The notes under the pieces: model-generated | Databases searched by the model: none | The model's input: only the letters and a program-made list of their open reading frames with translations | Told to the model about the DNA's origin: nothing | Program-made: the position numbers and the translations under genes | Shown: piece after piece, positions 41,560 to 50,707 of the stretch | How the letters are laid out: every line of letters begins with the position of its first letter | Position numbering within the stretch: the stretch's first letter is position 1 | From: an uncultured Actinomycetes bacterium | GTDB lineage: Bacteria > Actinomycetota > Actinomycetes > Streptosporangiales > Streptosporangiaceae | NCBI GenBank assembly: GCA_963808315.1 | Contig: CAWEFK010000012.1 | Coordinates: 16,274 to 80,273 of the forward strand | DNA length: 64,000 bases | Direction: 5' to 3'

Positions 41560-42099
41560 ATGCCTGTGCTCATCCCGCCCGATGCCCGCGTCCATCGTTC
41601 ATTCGTCGCCGCGATGGCGGAATTCCAGGCAGAAGGCCAAGGTGAACCGCACGACGACAGTGTGACCGGGTATGCCATCCGTGCGTACGCAAACCGGTGG
41701 GCGGACCCCGCCGAATTCGCGCATTACCTCCGGAAACTCGATGACGAGGCCAGGGAAGACTCACCGCGTCCCGAAGGGCGTGTCCCGCAGACCACGCTGT
41801 GGTGGGTCAGTGGCGATGAATACCTGGGCCGGATATCGATCCGCCACCGGCTCACGGCCCATCTCCGGGAGATTGGCGGCCACATCGGCTACGACATCCG
41901 GCCGTCGGCCCGGCAGTGCGGGCACGCCACCGCCATGCTTGCCGCCGCGCTCCCCGTCGCCCGGTCGCTCGGCATAACCCGGGCCCTGCTCACCAGCGAT
42001 GAGGACAACCTCGCCTCCCGCAAGGTGATCGTGGCCAACGGCGGCGTACTCGAGGACAAAAGCAACGGCAAGGTCCGCTATTGGGTACCCACGTCGTGA
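41560..42099 (+). CDS. GNAT-family acetyltransferase (COG3981-like)
   Basis: LWWVSGDEYLGRISIRHRLTAHLREIGGHIGYDIRPSARQCGHATAML...LLTSDEDNLASRKVIVANGG. Confidence 0.85.
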   Translation: MPVLIPPDARVHRSFVAAMAEFQAEGQGEPHDDSVTGYAIRAYANRWADPAEFAHYLRKLDDEAREDSPRPEGRVPQTTLWWVSGDEYLGRISIRHRLTAHLREIGGHIGYDIRPSARQCGHATAMLAAALPVARSLGITRALLTSDEDNLASRKVIVANGGVLEDKSNGKVRYWVPTS

Positions 42100-42215
42100 T
42101 GGCCTGAATTTATGCTCCAGGTCACCAGGCAAAGGTAAATCACGCCATGAATGCGCATCAGATCGCGGCGCGGGAAACGGTTTGACCTTTCCTACGGACG
42201 GTCGAGACTGCCGTC

Positions 42216-42609
42216 ATGACCAGCCGCATCTCGCACACGTCATTCGACGCTATGGACGCATACGAGCAGTCGGTCTTCTGGTCGCAGGTCCTGGACTTTG
42301 CGGAAGATCCTGATGACCCCAACGAGCCCGGGCATGAGGAATGCCTGATCACCTCGGGACCGGAACCAGCTCGTGCTGTTCATTACGGTCCCCGAGGGCA
42401 AGAAGGTGAAGAACCGGGTGCATCTCGACCTGCGCCCAGTGGACCGCACTCGCGAGCAGGAGGTGGCACGGATCCTCGCACTGGGTGCATCACAGCTCGC
42501 CGATCACCGGCGCCCCGACGGCAGCGGCTGGATCACGCTCGCCGATCCCGAGGGCAATGAGTTCTGCATCCTGCCCAAGGACCCGGCTGGGTTTGGCGCC
42601 ACTACCTGA
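42216..42609 (+). pseudogene. VOC/glyoxalase-family protein, frame shift near 42355-42365
   Basis: ISHTSFDAMDAYEQSVFWSQVLDF...EECLITS (ORF 42216..) continues as VLFITVPEGKKVKNRVHLDL...GWITLADPEGNEFCIL (ORF 42373..42609). Confidence 0.7.
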
Positions 42610-42957
42610 CGACGAGCGCCGGCCAAGGTGGCCGCGGCGAGCTATGCGCGGACGCGTGTGCTCTCGCGGCCACGGATTACGGCGGCGGGCTCTGGGCAGC
42701 CGGTGTGTGCCGCCGATCGGGACAATGTGATCCCGGTGGTGCAGGGCCAGGCCGCGGCATAGCGGCGGGCAACGTCGGACATCGGCGTGCCGTTGTCGCT
42801 GGCGGCCACACCGAAGACCGTACCCGGGTAGTCCAGCGGCCCCATGATGGCGCGGATGCGGTCCCAGTCTCCCGGTGCCATCAGCTCGGCGGGCTAGGCC
42901 GACTCCGACACCTGCGGCCTTTTCAGCCGGAGCTCCACGAACACCGCACCACGCCCG

Positions 42958-42993
42958 CTTGACCACCACGATGGACCATCGGGGTTGTGGGGC
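42958..42993 (+). repeat. Dispersed short repeat, core-only copy
   Basis: CTTGACCACCACGATGGACCATCGGGGTTGTGGGGC matches the reverse complement of 59401..59437 (TCTGACCACTACGATGGACCATAGGTGTTGCTGGGGC). Confidence 0.6.
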
Positions 42994-43276
42994 GCTGGAA
43001 TTGCCGCTGGACGTGGATCCACCGCGGTCTTGCTGGTGGCGTGGTGGCTGCTGGGTGTGGTGATGCGGGTGTATGCCGTTCCTGGTCTGGCCGGGCGTAA
43101 TGGGGCCGGGCCGTCCGGTTTGCGTGGAAGATCGGGCTCTCACGGAAGATTTGGGTCATCATGGGGTACCAAAACTTCCAGTTAAGCCGAATATTTCACG
43201 ATCTTTTTCGAAGATAGTGACGGGTGCGGGGGGAGCGGCGGGGTGGCGGCTGGGATGCGATGCCCTGGGGCCCTCA

Positions 43277-43440
43277 GAGCGTGACTGTCGCTTCGATCGT
43301 GAGCCGTCGCGCGGGCCGGTGTTCACAGTCGGCATGTGGCAGGGCAACGATGGACCATCGGTGTGGGTCGGAAGCGGGAGCGGGACAGTACGGGCGTGCA
43401 GGATGGGGCGGGCGGGGTTGGCGGGACCAGGGGATTCGCG
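43277..43440 (+). repeat. Dispersed short repeat, longest copy
   Basis: GGCAACGATGGACCATCGGTGTGGGTCGGAAGCGGGAGCGGGACAGTACGGGCGTGCAGGATGGGGCGGGCGGGGTT is about 90% identical to the reverse complement of 58408..58486. Its upstream part matches 40535..40625. Confidence 0.7.
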
Positions 43441-43497
43441 AGTAACCGGCGGTGGAACGTTCCGGCCCCTCTTACACATCGGTAACTTGTGCATTAC

Positions 43498-43515
43498 GGT
43501 AACTTTATTGTTACC
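43498..43515. promoter_or_regulatory. Palindrome GGTAAC-TTTATT-GTTACC just upstream of the SRPBCC gene RBS
   Basis: Perfect 6-bp arms with a 6-nt AT spacer. A third GGTAAC lies at 43481-86. It sits in an AT-rich patch 20 nt before ATG 43535. Confidence 0.3.
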
Positions 43516-43534
43516 TAAGGGGAGGCCGGAGCGG

Positions 43535-43960
43535 ATGCGGTATTATGAAGCGAGTTCGATGATCGCGTCGAGTCCGGAGGCGGTGTGGGCGGTGCTGACC
43601 GACGGGGCCGCCTGGTCGTCCTGGAACTCCGACGTCGACGGAGTCGACGGCCGGATCGGGCCCGGCGAGAAGATCACCATCCGGTCCCAGGCGGCGCCCG
43701 GCCGGGCCTTCCCGGTCAAGGTGACAGACTTTGATCCGCCGACCCGGCTGCGGTTCAGTGGCGGCATGCCGCTGGGCCTGTTCCGCGGGGTACGGACCTT
43801 CGAGGTGTCGCCGGACGGGACCGGGGGGACGGCGTTCCGCGTACGCGAGGAGTACACCGGACCGCTGGTCAGGCTGGTCTGGCGGTCGATGCCAGATCTC
43901 GGGCCGTCGTTCGACCGGTTCGCCCAGGGGCTCAAACGCAGGGCCGAGACGGGCCGCTGA
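43535..43960 (+). CDS. SRPBCC-family (polyketide cyclase/START-like) protein
   Basis: 141 aa from ATG 43535 (GGGGAGG upstream), within track ORF 43073..43960. SSPEAVWAVLTDGAAWSSWNS.... Confidence 0.85.
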   Translation: MRYYEASSMIASSPEAVWAVLTDGAAWSSWNSDVDGVDGRIGPGEKITIRSQAAPGRAFPVKVTDFDPPTRLRFSGGMPLGLFRGVRTFEVSPDGTGGTAFRVREEYTGPLVRLVWRSMPDLGPSFDRFAQGLKRRAETGR

Positions 43961-44016
43961 CCAGACGGGCCGCTGAACAGCCAGATCCAGTCGATTCGCG
44001 AACAAGGGAACACATC

Positions 44017-44322
44017 ATGAGCCATGCCACCGTCGTCCGCTACACCACCCGGCCCGAGTCCGCCGACGAGAACGAAAAGCTGATCAAGGCCGTATTCGCC
44101 CAGCTCGCCGACCAGCAGCCGGACGGGCTCCGCTACCTGGCCATCCGGCTCGATGACGGAGTCAGCTTCATGCACATCGCCGTGCTCGACGAGGACGGGC
44201 CCAACCCGCTGACCGCGCTCCCCGCGTTCGGTGAGTTCGTCTCGGCCATCAACGAGCGCTGCACCAGCGGGCCGGCGCCGACCCAGGGAACCGTGGTCGG
44301 CACGTACGGCACCGCCGGCTGA
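44017..44322 (+). CDS. Small ABM/Dabb-fold-like hypothetical protein
   Basis: 101 aa, compositionally coherent. ATVVRYTTRPESADENEKLIKAVFAQL...FMHIAVL. The family call is tentative. Confidence 0.55.
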   Translation: MSHATVVRYTTRPESADENEKLIKAVFAQLADQQPDGLRYLAIRLDDGVSFMHIAVLDEDGPNPLTALPAFGEFVSAINERCTSGPAPTQGTVVGTYGTAG

Positions 44323-44353
44323 CCTCCGGACCTCAGCGATCGAGGCGGCCGGG

Positions 44354-44728
44354 TCAGCGGATTTCGGTGTACTCGCTGCGGTCCAGCTGGACGACGTTGG
44401 TGTAGTCGTCGCCCGCCGGCTCGGCGACCTCGGGGTAGCGGCTTGCGTCCGGCGGCACGACCAGCAAGCCGGACCGGGAGACCAGCTTGCGCAGGTGCCG
44501 CATCCCGCTCATGCCCGCGACCGTGACCGCCAGGACGGCGGCCAGGATCGAGCCGCCGAACAGCGCCAGGCCGCCGACGACGTGTCCCAGCAACATCATG
44601 ACCACTGCGGCCAGCAGGGCCACCGGCACGGCCGCCACCAGCAGCAGCGCGAGCCGCGTCACCGCCATCACGGCCTTGGCCGACCTGTCCGGCCTCCGCT
44701 CCGCGTACCAACCGGTCATCACGCTCAC
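44354..44728 (-). CDS. Hypothetical membrane protein
   Basis: 124 aa with two long hydrophobic segments (LALLLVAAVPVALLAAVVMMLLG, LALFGGSILAAVLAVTVAG). Confidence 0.55.
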   Translation of the reverse strand: MSVMTGWYAERRPDRSAKAVMAVTRLALLLVAAVPVALLAAVVMMLLGHVVGGLALFGGSILAAVLAVTVAGMSGMRHLRKLVSRSGLLVVPPDASRYPEVAEPAGDDYTNVVQLDRSEYTEIR

Positions 44729-44827
44729 CTCTCACGGCCCGGATCTCTCTGGGCCTAACACGATATGTCTTATCGTCTAGCACAACGCATCGGTCGATCA
44801 GGATCATCCCGTGACCGTCTGGCGCGG

Positions 44828-47050
44828 TTAGGGGTGCAGGCGGTGGGCGAGGGCGGTGTGGCGGCGGCCGGCGCCCTTGGTGCGGACGGCGGCAGCCAGG
44901 GCGCGGCGGGATCCGGCCAGGACGACCAGTTTCCTGGCCCGGGTGATGCCGGTGTAGAGCAGGTTGCGCTGCAGCATCATCCAGGAGCTTGTGGTGAGCG
45001 GGATAACCACCGCGGGGTACTCGCTGCCCTGGGACCGGTGGATGGTGACCGCGTAAGCGTGGGCCAGTTCGTCGAGTTCGTCGAACCCGTAGTCGACCTG
45101 CTCGTCTTCGTCGGTGTGCAGGGTCAGGGTGTGATCTTCCGGCGAGATCGCGGTGATCACGGCGACCGTGCCGTTGAAGACGCCGGCGGCCCCCTTGTCG
45201 TAGTTGTTGCGCAGCTGGGTGACCTTGTCGCCGATCCGGAACACCCGGCCGCCGTACCGGCGCTCCGGCGCGCCCTCCCGGAACGGGGTCAGGGCTTCCT
45301 GCAGGAGCAGGTTGAGGTTCCCCGCTCCGGCGGGCCCGCGGTGCATCGGGCACAGCACCTGCACGTCGCGGCGCGGGTCCAGGCCGAACCTGGCTGGGAT
45401 CCGCCGGGCCACGATATCGACCACGAGCCCGGCGGTCTCCTCGGTGTCCTCGCAGCCGAACCAGAAGAAATCGCCGAAGCCGCCCGGGGCGGGCAGCTGC
45501 CCGGCGTTGACCCGGTGGGCGTTGACCACGATGCCGGACTGCTGCGCCTGGCGGAAGATCCTGGTGAGCCGGACCGCCGGCAGCGACCCGGCGGCCAGCA
45601 GGTCCCGCAGGACCTCGCCCGCGCCGACAGAAGGCAGCTGGTCCACGTCTCCGACCAGCAGCAGGTGCGCCCCCGGTGCGACCGCCTTGACCAGCTTGTT
45701 CGCCAGGATCACGTCCACCATCGAGGTCTCGTCCACCACCACCAGGTCCGCGTCAAGCGGGCAGGAGGCGTCGAACGACGCCTCGCCGCCCGGCCGCAAC
45801 TGGAGCAGCCGGTGGATCGTCGCCGCCTCGTGGCCGGCCAGCTCGGCGAGCCGCTTGGCCGCCCGGCCGGTCGGCGCGGCCAGCACGATGGTGGCTCCCC
45901 TGGCCCGGGCCAGCTCCACCACCGACCGCACGGTGAACGACTTCCCGCACCCCGGGCCGCCGGTCAGGATCGCCACCTGGGAGGTCAGCGCGAGCCGCAC
46001 CGCGTCGGCCTGCTCCGGCGCGAGCTCGGACCCGGTCCGCCCGCGCAGCCACCCGAACGCCTTGTCCCAGTCCACGGCGGCGAACCCGGCCAGCCGGTCA
46101 CCCCGGGCGGCGTGCAGGCGGAGCAGGGCGTGAGCCAAGGACCGTTCGGCCTGATAAAAGGGCGGCAGGTAGACGGCGGGGACCTGCGAGGCGGCCGGGG
46201 GCGCCGCGGGGACCGTCTCGCGGACCACTCCCTCGGCTGCGGCCAGCTCCTCTAGGCATGGCGCGGCCAGCTCGGCCGGCACGTCGAGGATCTTGGCGGC
46301 GTCGGCGATCAGGTTGGGTGCGGGCAGGTAACAGTGCCCGTCGTCGGCCGCCTCGGACAGCGTGTAGGCCAGGCCCGCCTTGATCCGTTCCGGGCTGTCC
46401 CGGGCGATGCCGACCGCGGCGGCGATCGTGTCCGCGGTCTTGAACCCGATGCCCCACACATCCGCGGCCAGCCGGTACGGCTCGGACCGAACGACCGAGA
46501 CCGAGGCGTCGCCGTATTTCTTGTAGATCCGTACCGCCAGCGACGTCGACACCCCGACGCCCTGCAGGAAGATCATCACCTCCTTGATCGCCTTCTGCTC
46601 CGCCCAGGCGGCGGCGATCATCGCGGTCCGCTTGGGGCCCAGCCCGTCGACCTCGGTCAGCCGGCCCGGCTCGTCGTCGATGACGTGCATGATGTCCACG
46701 CCGAAGTGCGCGACCATGCGTTCGGCCATGACCGGGCCGATGCCCTTGATCAGGCCCGAGCCCAGGTATTTCTGGATGCCCGCGGTGGTGGCGGGCAGCA
46801 CCGTGGCGTAGGAGTGCACCTCGAACTGCCGGCCGTACCTGGGGTGGCTCGACCACCGGCCGGTCAGCCGCAAGAACTCGCCCACCTGCGCGCCGAGCAG
46901 CGGCCCGACCGCCGTGACCAGCTCCGCGCCAGCTCGTTCCGGCGCGATCCTGGCGATCGTGTACCCGGTCTCGGGATTGGCGAACGTGACCCGTTCCAGC
47001 ACCCCGTCCAGTACCGCGCCGCCGCCCTGGCCGCCCATCACCGCTGGCAT
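44828..47050 (-). CDS. recD2: RecD2-type SF1B ATP-dependent DNA helicase
   Basis: 740 aa. N-terminal VLERVTFANPETGYTIARI, HhH region, Walker A TGGPGCGKS, LVGDVDQLPSVGAG, C-terminal YAVTIHRSQGSEY. Confidence 0.92.
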   Translation of the reverse strand: MPAVMGGQGGGAVLDGVLERVTFANPETGYTIARIAPERAGAELVTAVGPLLGAQVGEFLRLTGRWSSHPRYGRQFEVHSYATVLPATTAGIQKYLGSGLIKGIGPVMAERMVAHFGVDIMHVIDDEPGRLTEVDGLGPKRTAMIAAAWAEQKAIKEVMIFLQGVGVSTSLAVRIYKKYGDASVSVVRSEPYRLAADVWGIGFKTADTIAAAVGIARDSPERIKAGLAYTLSEAADDGHCYLPAPNLIADAAKILDVPAELAAPCLEELAAAEGVVRETVPAAPPAASQVPAVYLPPFYQAERSLAHALLRLHAARGDRLAGFAAVDWDKAFGWLRGRTGSELAPEQADAVRLALTSQVAILTGGPGCGKSFTVRSVVELARARGATIVLAAPTGRAAKRLAELAGHEAATIHRLLQLRPGGEASFDASCPLDADLVVVDETSMVDVILANKLVKAVAPGAHLLLVGDVDQLPSVGAGEVLRDLLAAGSLPAVRLTRIFRQAQQSGIVVNAHRVNAGQLPAPGGFGDFFWFGCEDTEETAGLVVDIVARRIPARFGLDPRRDVQVLCPMHRGPAGAGNLNLLLQEALTPFREGAPERRYGGRVFRIGDKVTQLRNNYDKGAAGVFNGTVAVITAISPEDHTLTLHTDEDEQVDYGFDELDELAHAYAVTIHRSQGSEYPAVVIPLTTSSWMMLQRNLLYTGITRARKLVVLAGSRRALAAAVRTKGAGRRHTALAHRLHP

Positions 47051-47520
47051 AAATCCACATCGTACGGGCCGGCGTTGGCGGCGAGGTGGCCGAGCAGGGT
47101 GCTGAGCGTGGCCAGGTCCGCGTCGGGCAGGCCCGCCCGCAGCTTGGCGTCGAAGGCGATCGCGGTGTCCCTCAGGCGCGCGAACGCCGCCTCGCCCGCC
47201 TCGGTCAGCGCGACCACCTGGACTCGCCGGTTGGCGGCGTCGCGGGTCCTTGTGACCAGCCCGCGGGCGTCAAGGGCGTTCAGGTGATGCGTCAGCGTGG
47301 CCTCGCGCACCCCGACCGCTTCGGCGAGTTCCCGCTGGTTGGCGGGCCGTCGGATCTTCAGGTTGAGCAGGATGAGCCAGACCGGCAGGGTGCCGTCGGC
47401 TTCGCGGAGAGCCTCGTCGAACGCGCGCTCCACGACGCGCGCGGCCTGGCTCAGGCGGAGCCCGATCGGGAGGGGAAACGGTGCTGGCACGTCCGCCAGC
47501 GTATCACCAAACATCGACAT
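47038..47520 (-). CDS. MarR-family transcriptional regulator
   Basis: NQRELAEAVGVREATLTHHLNALDARGLVTRTRDAANRRVQVVALTEAG. Its 3' end overlaps the recD2 start by 13 nt. Confidence 0.9.
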   Translation of the reverse strand: MSMFGDTLADVPAPFPLPIGLRLSQAARVVERAFDEALREADGTLPVWLILLNLKIRRPANQRELAEAVGVREATLTHHLNALDARGLVTRTRDAANRRVQVVALTEAGEAAFARLRDTAIAFDAKLRAGLPDADLATLSTLLGHLAANAGPYDVDLCQR

Positions 47521-47555
47521 CTAATTGATTGACATCTAACTCTTAGATCTCTAAC
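47516..47555. promoter_or_regulatory. Putative MarR operator in the MarR/ABC divergent intergenic region
   Basis: GACATCTAA occurs twice (47516-24, 47531-39). ATCTAA-CTC-TTAGAT forms a palindrome at 47534-48. This is the only AT-rich stretch here. Confidence 0.35.
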
Positions 47556-47613
47556 ATTCTGTCGTGATGGCGGCTCGACCGGCCGCGGCGGCCAAGCGAG
47601 AAGGGCTTGCGCG

Positions 47614-48552
47614 ATGAGTGACCCCGCAATTGAGGCCCACGGCCTGCGGAAGGCCTTCGGCCAGGTGCAGGCGCTGGACGGGCTGAGCCTGACGGTGCCC
47701 GCCGGAGCTGTGCTCGGCCTGCTCGGGCCGAACGGGTCGGGCAAGACCACCACCGTGTCCATCCTGGCCACGTCGCTGCGTCCCGACGCCGGCCGCGCCT
47801 GCGTCGGCGGGCTGGACGTGGTGACGCAGGCGGCGCAGGTCCGCCGCATCATCGGCCTGGCGGGCCAGTTCGCGGCGGTGGACCCCAACTTGACCGGACG
47901 GGAGAACCTCGCCTTGATCGGACGGCTGTCCCGGGTGGGCCGCAGGCAAGCCCGGATCCGCGCCGACGAGCTGCTTGACGGCTTCGGGCTGAGCGCGGCG
48001 GCAGGCCGGCTCGTGCGCGGCTACTCCGGCGGGATGCGACGGCGGCTCGACGTGGCCGCGGCGCTGCTGCACCGGCCGGCGGTGCTGTTTCTCGACGAGC
48101 CCACCACCGGCCTGGATCCGGAGAGCCGCTTCACCCTGTGGGACTCGGTACGCGACCTCGCCAGGTCAGGCACCACCGTGCTGCTGACGACGCAGTACCT
48201 GGACGAAGCCGACGCGCTGGCCGACCGGGTGATGATCATCTCCGCCGGGCGGGTAGCCGCCGCCGGCACTCCGGGCGAGCTGAAGGCCCGCTTCGGCGCG
48301 GTGGTCTTCCACCTGGACTTTGGCCGGCCGGAGGCCGCGGAAGCCGCCCAGGCGGTGCTGGCATCGGCGGGCTTCTCGCCGCAGCGCGACGGCGCCGCCC
48401 TCGCGGTCCGGTCCGCTACCGGTTCCGGCGAGCTCACCGGCCTGCTGCGCGCCCTGGACGGGCGGGCCGCCGACCCGGTGTCCGTCGCGGTGCGCGAACC
48501 CAGCCTGGACGACGTATTCCTCTCTCTTACCCACGGAGGCAAGGCAGCATGA
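47614..48552 (+). CDS. ABC transporter ATP-binding protein (DrrA/ABC-2 exporter type)
   Basis: GLLGPNGSGKTT, YSGGMRRRL, LFLDEPTTGLD. Confidence 0.93.
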   Translation: MSDPAIEAHGLRKAFGQVQALDGLSLTVPAGAVLGLLGPNGSGKTTTVSILATSLRPDAGRACVGGLDVVTQAAQVRRIIGLAGQFAAVDPNLTGRENLALIGRLSRVGRRQARIRADELLDGFGLSAAAGRLVRGYSGGMRRRLDVAAALLHRPAVLFLDEPTTGLDPESRFTLWDSVRDLARSGTTVLLTTQYLDEADALADRVMIISAGRVAAAGTPGELKARFGAVVFHLDFGRPEAAEAAQAVLASAGFSPQRDGAALAVRSATGSGELTGLLRALDGRAADPVSVAVREPSLDDVFLSLTHGGKAA

Positions 48553-49376
48553 GCACGATCGCTATCGCGCCGGACCGGGTCGCGGCCGGCCGCGTGGCCG
48601 CGGCGGCCACCGAAGTCGCCCGCGCTCTCTCGGACACCGCCGATGTCGCCTGGCGCAACTTGCTGACCCAGCTGCGCACCCCGCAGGCCCTGGTGTTCGC
48701 CACCATCCAGCCCGTCATCTTCGTGCTGCTTTTCCGCTACGCGTTCGGCGGCGCGATCCACGTACCCGGTACGAATTACGTGGACTTCCTGATGCCAGGG
48801 ATCTTCGCGCAGACGGTCGCCTTCGGCGCGGTCGGCACCGCGGTCGGGCTGGCCGGCGATCTGCGCACCGGCATCCTGGTCCGCTTCCGCACCCTGCCGA
48901 TGGCCCGGATCGCCGTGCTCGGCGGCCGGACCCTCGCCGACCTGGCGCGCAACCTGCTGGTCGTCGCGGTGATGACCGGCGTCGGCTTCGCCGCCGGATT
49001 CCGCAGCCCGCACGGCGCGGGTGCCCTGCTCGCCGCGCTCGGCCTGGTGGTCGCGTTCGGCTACGCGATCTCCTGGGGCTTCGCGTCCCTCGGCCTGCGG
49101 GTCAGCGACCCGGAGGCGGCCCAGGCGGCCGCGGTGCCCGCGGTGTTCCTGCTCGTCTTCACCTCCGCCGCCTTCGTGCCGGCCACCGCCATGCCCGGCT
49201 GGCTGCAGGCGTTTGGCACCCATCAGCCGGTCGACGCCCTGGTCAACGCCGAACGGGCGCTGATTCTCGGCGGCCCGGCCACCCATGACGTCCTCATCTC
49301 GCTGGCGTGGAGCGGCGGCCTGCTTGTCGTTTTCGCCCTCCTCGCCGCCCGCACCTACGCCCGCATGGGCCGCTAA
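48549..49376 (+). CDS. ABC-2-type transporter permease (DrrB-like)
   Basis: 275 aa from ATG 48549, which overlaps the ATPase stop (ATGA). Frame of track ORF 48138..49376. Six hydrophobic spans. Confidence 0.88.
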   Translation: MSTIAIAPDRVAAGRVAAAATEVARALSDTADVAWRNLLTQLRTPQALVFATIQPVIFVLLFRYAFGGAIHVPGTNYVDFLMPGIFAQTVAFGAVGTAVGLAGDLRTGILVRFRTLPMARIAVLGGRTLADLARNLLVVAVMTGVGFAAGFRSPHGAGALLAALGLVVAFGYAISWGFASLGLRVSDPEAAQAAAVPAVFLLVFTSAAFVPATAMPGWLQAFGTHQPVDALVNAERALILGGPATHDVLISLAWSGGLLVVFALLAARTYARMGR

Positions 49377-49421
49377 GGCCGCTAGGCCGCTAGGGCCGCT
49401 AGGGCCGCTAGGGCCGCTAAC
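49368..49421 (+). repeat. Tandem 8-10-nt repeat (G)GCCGCTA(A/G), 6 copies
   Basis: GGGCCGCTAA GGCCGCTAG GCCGCTAG GGCCGCTAG GGCCGCTAG GGCCGCTAA. The first unit contains the permease stop codon. Confidence 0.8.
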
Positions 49422-49436
49422 AGAAAGGAGCCAACC

Positions 49437-49820
49437 ATGGCCGTCGAACTTAACCACACCATCGTCCCCGCCCACGACCCGCAAGCCTCGGCGCAGTTCC
49501 TCGCCGACATCCTCGGCCTGCCCGTCGATCCGCCGGTGGCGCACTTCACCCCGGTGACGCTGGCCAACGGGGTCAGCCTGGACTTCGATCACCACGACCA
49601 CGTCGATGAGCACCACTACGCGTTCCTGATGGACGACGAGGAATTCCAGGCGGCGTTCGGCCGGATCAAGGACAGGGGCATCACGTACTACGCCGATCCC
49701 GCCTGCCGCCAGGTCGGCCAGGTCTACGCCAGCCCAAACGGCCCCCGCGGCACCTATTTCCGGGACCCGGACGGTCACCTCATGGAGATCCTCACGCCAA
49801 GCTCGGGAGACACGACATGA
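49437..49820 (+). CDS. VOC/glyoxalase-family protein
   Basis: 127 aa. LNHTIVPAHDPQASAQFLADILGL ... HYAFLMDDEEFQAAFGRIKDRGI ... YFRDPDGHLMEIL. Confidence 0.85.
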   Translation: MAVELNHTIVPAHDPQASAQFLADILGLPVDPPVAHFTPVTLANGVSLDFDHHDHVDEHHYAFLMDDEEFQAAFGRIKDRGITYYADPACRQVGQVYASPNGPRGTYFRDPDGHLMEILTPSSGDTT

Positions 49821-49930
49821 GCGAGCCGGAGGGCGCCGGCGGCGCCTGGACTGAGGAGCGACGCAGGAGCGACGAGGGAAGGCGCCGCCTCAAAGGCGGC
49901 CGCAGGCGAGCGGGAGACACGACATGAGCG
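49804..49930 (+). repeat. 20-bp direct repeat pair CGGGAGACACGACATGAGCG (49804-23 and 49911-30) bracketing an 87-bp insert
   Basis: Both copies carry an ATGA stop/start junction. The first ends the VOC gene and the second starts the SDR gene. A 36-codon Arg-rich ORF (49817..49927) links them. Confidence 0.8.
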
Positions 49931-50682
49931 CGCTCGACGGGCAGATCGCCCTGGTCACCGGCAGCACGCGGGGCATCGGGGCGGCCATCGCCGCCGAGTT
50001 CGCGCGCCGCGGGGCCGCCGTCGCCGTACACGGGCGCGATCAGGGCGCCGCGGCCAGCGTGGCGGCCGCGATCACCCGCGACGGCGGCAGGGCCATGACG
50101 GTGACCGGCGACGTCACCGATTTCGGCCAGGTCGAGGCGGTCCGCCGCCGGATCGAGGACGCCTGGGGGCCGGTCGGCATCCTGGTCGCCAACGCGGGCG
50201 GCAGCTTCACCCCGCCCGTGCCGCTCGAGCAGATCCCCGAAGACGGCTGGCGCGCGACGGTCGACGGCAACCTGCTGGCCACGTTCCTCACGCTGAAGAG
50301 CTTCCTGCCCGGGATGAAGGAGCGCCGCCGTGGCACGATCGTCACGATCGGCTCGGCCGCGGGACGCCGCGCGGACCCTCGCTCCCCCATTCCCTACGCG
50401 GCGGCCAAGGCGGGCATCGCGCTGCTGACGCAGGACGTCGCCGCCCAGGCGGGCCCGTTCGGGATCCGGGTCAACTGCATCACTCCGGAGACCATCATGA
50501 CCGAGGGCAACCAGAACCGGATCCCGGCCGGACTGCAGGCCTCACTCGCCGACGCGCACCCCCTCAAACGGCTCGGAACACCGCACGACGTCGCGACCAC
50601 CGCCGCGTTCCTCGCCTCCGACGAGGCCGCCTGGATCACCGGCGTGGTTATCGACGTCGCGGGCGGCGCTGTCCTCGTCTAG
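49924..50682 (+). CDS. Short-chain dehydrogenase/reductase
   Basis: GQIALVTGSTRGIGAAIA, ANAGG, YAAAKAG. Confidence 0.93.
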   Translation: MSALDGQIALVTGSTRGIGAAIAAEFARRGAAVAVHGRDQGAAASVAAAITRDGGRAMTVTGDVTDFGQVEAVRRRIEDAWGPVGILVANAGGSFTPPVPLEQIPEDGWRATVDGNLLATFLTLKSFLPGMKERRRGTIVTIGSAAGRRADPRSPIPYAAAKAGIALLTQDVAAQAGPFGIRVNCITPETIMTEGNQNRIPAGLQASLADAHPLKRLGTPHDVATTAAFLASDEAAWITGVVIDVAGGAVLV

Positions 50683-50707
50683 CCATCCCCAGCAAAGGAG
50701 TCCGGTC

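Noticed and set aside
42490-43143. 217-aa minus-strand ORF, the 79-aa ORF 42642..42881, and ORF 43073..43534 upstream of the SRPBCC start
   Set aside because: They have incoherent, His/Arg/Pro/Gly-rich translations with no motifs, and the region is occupied by dispersed repeats. Only the last 141 codons of 43073..43960 look like a real protein. The 79-aa ORF (MAPGDWDRIRAIMGPLDYPGTVFGVAASDNG) might be a gene fragment, but I could not assign it.
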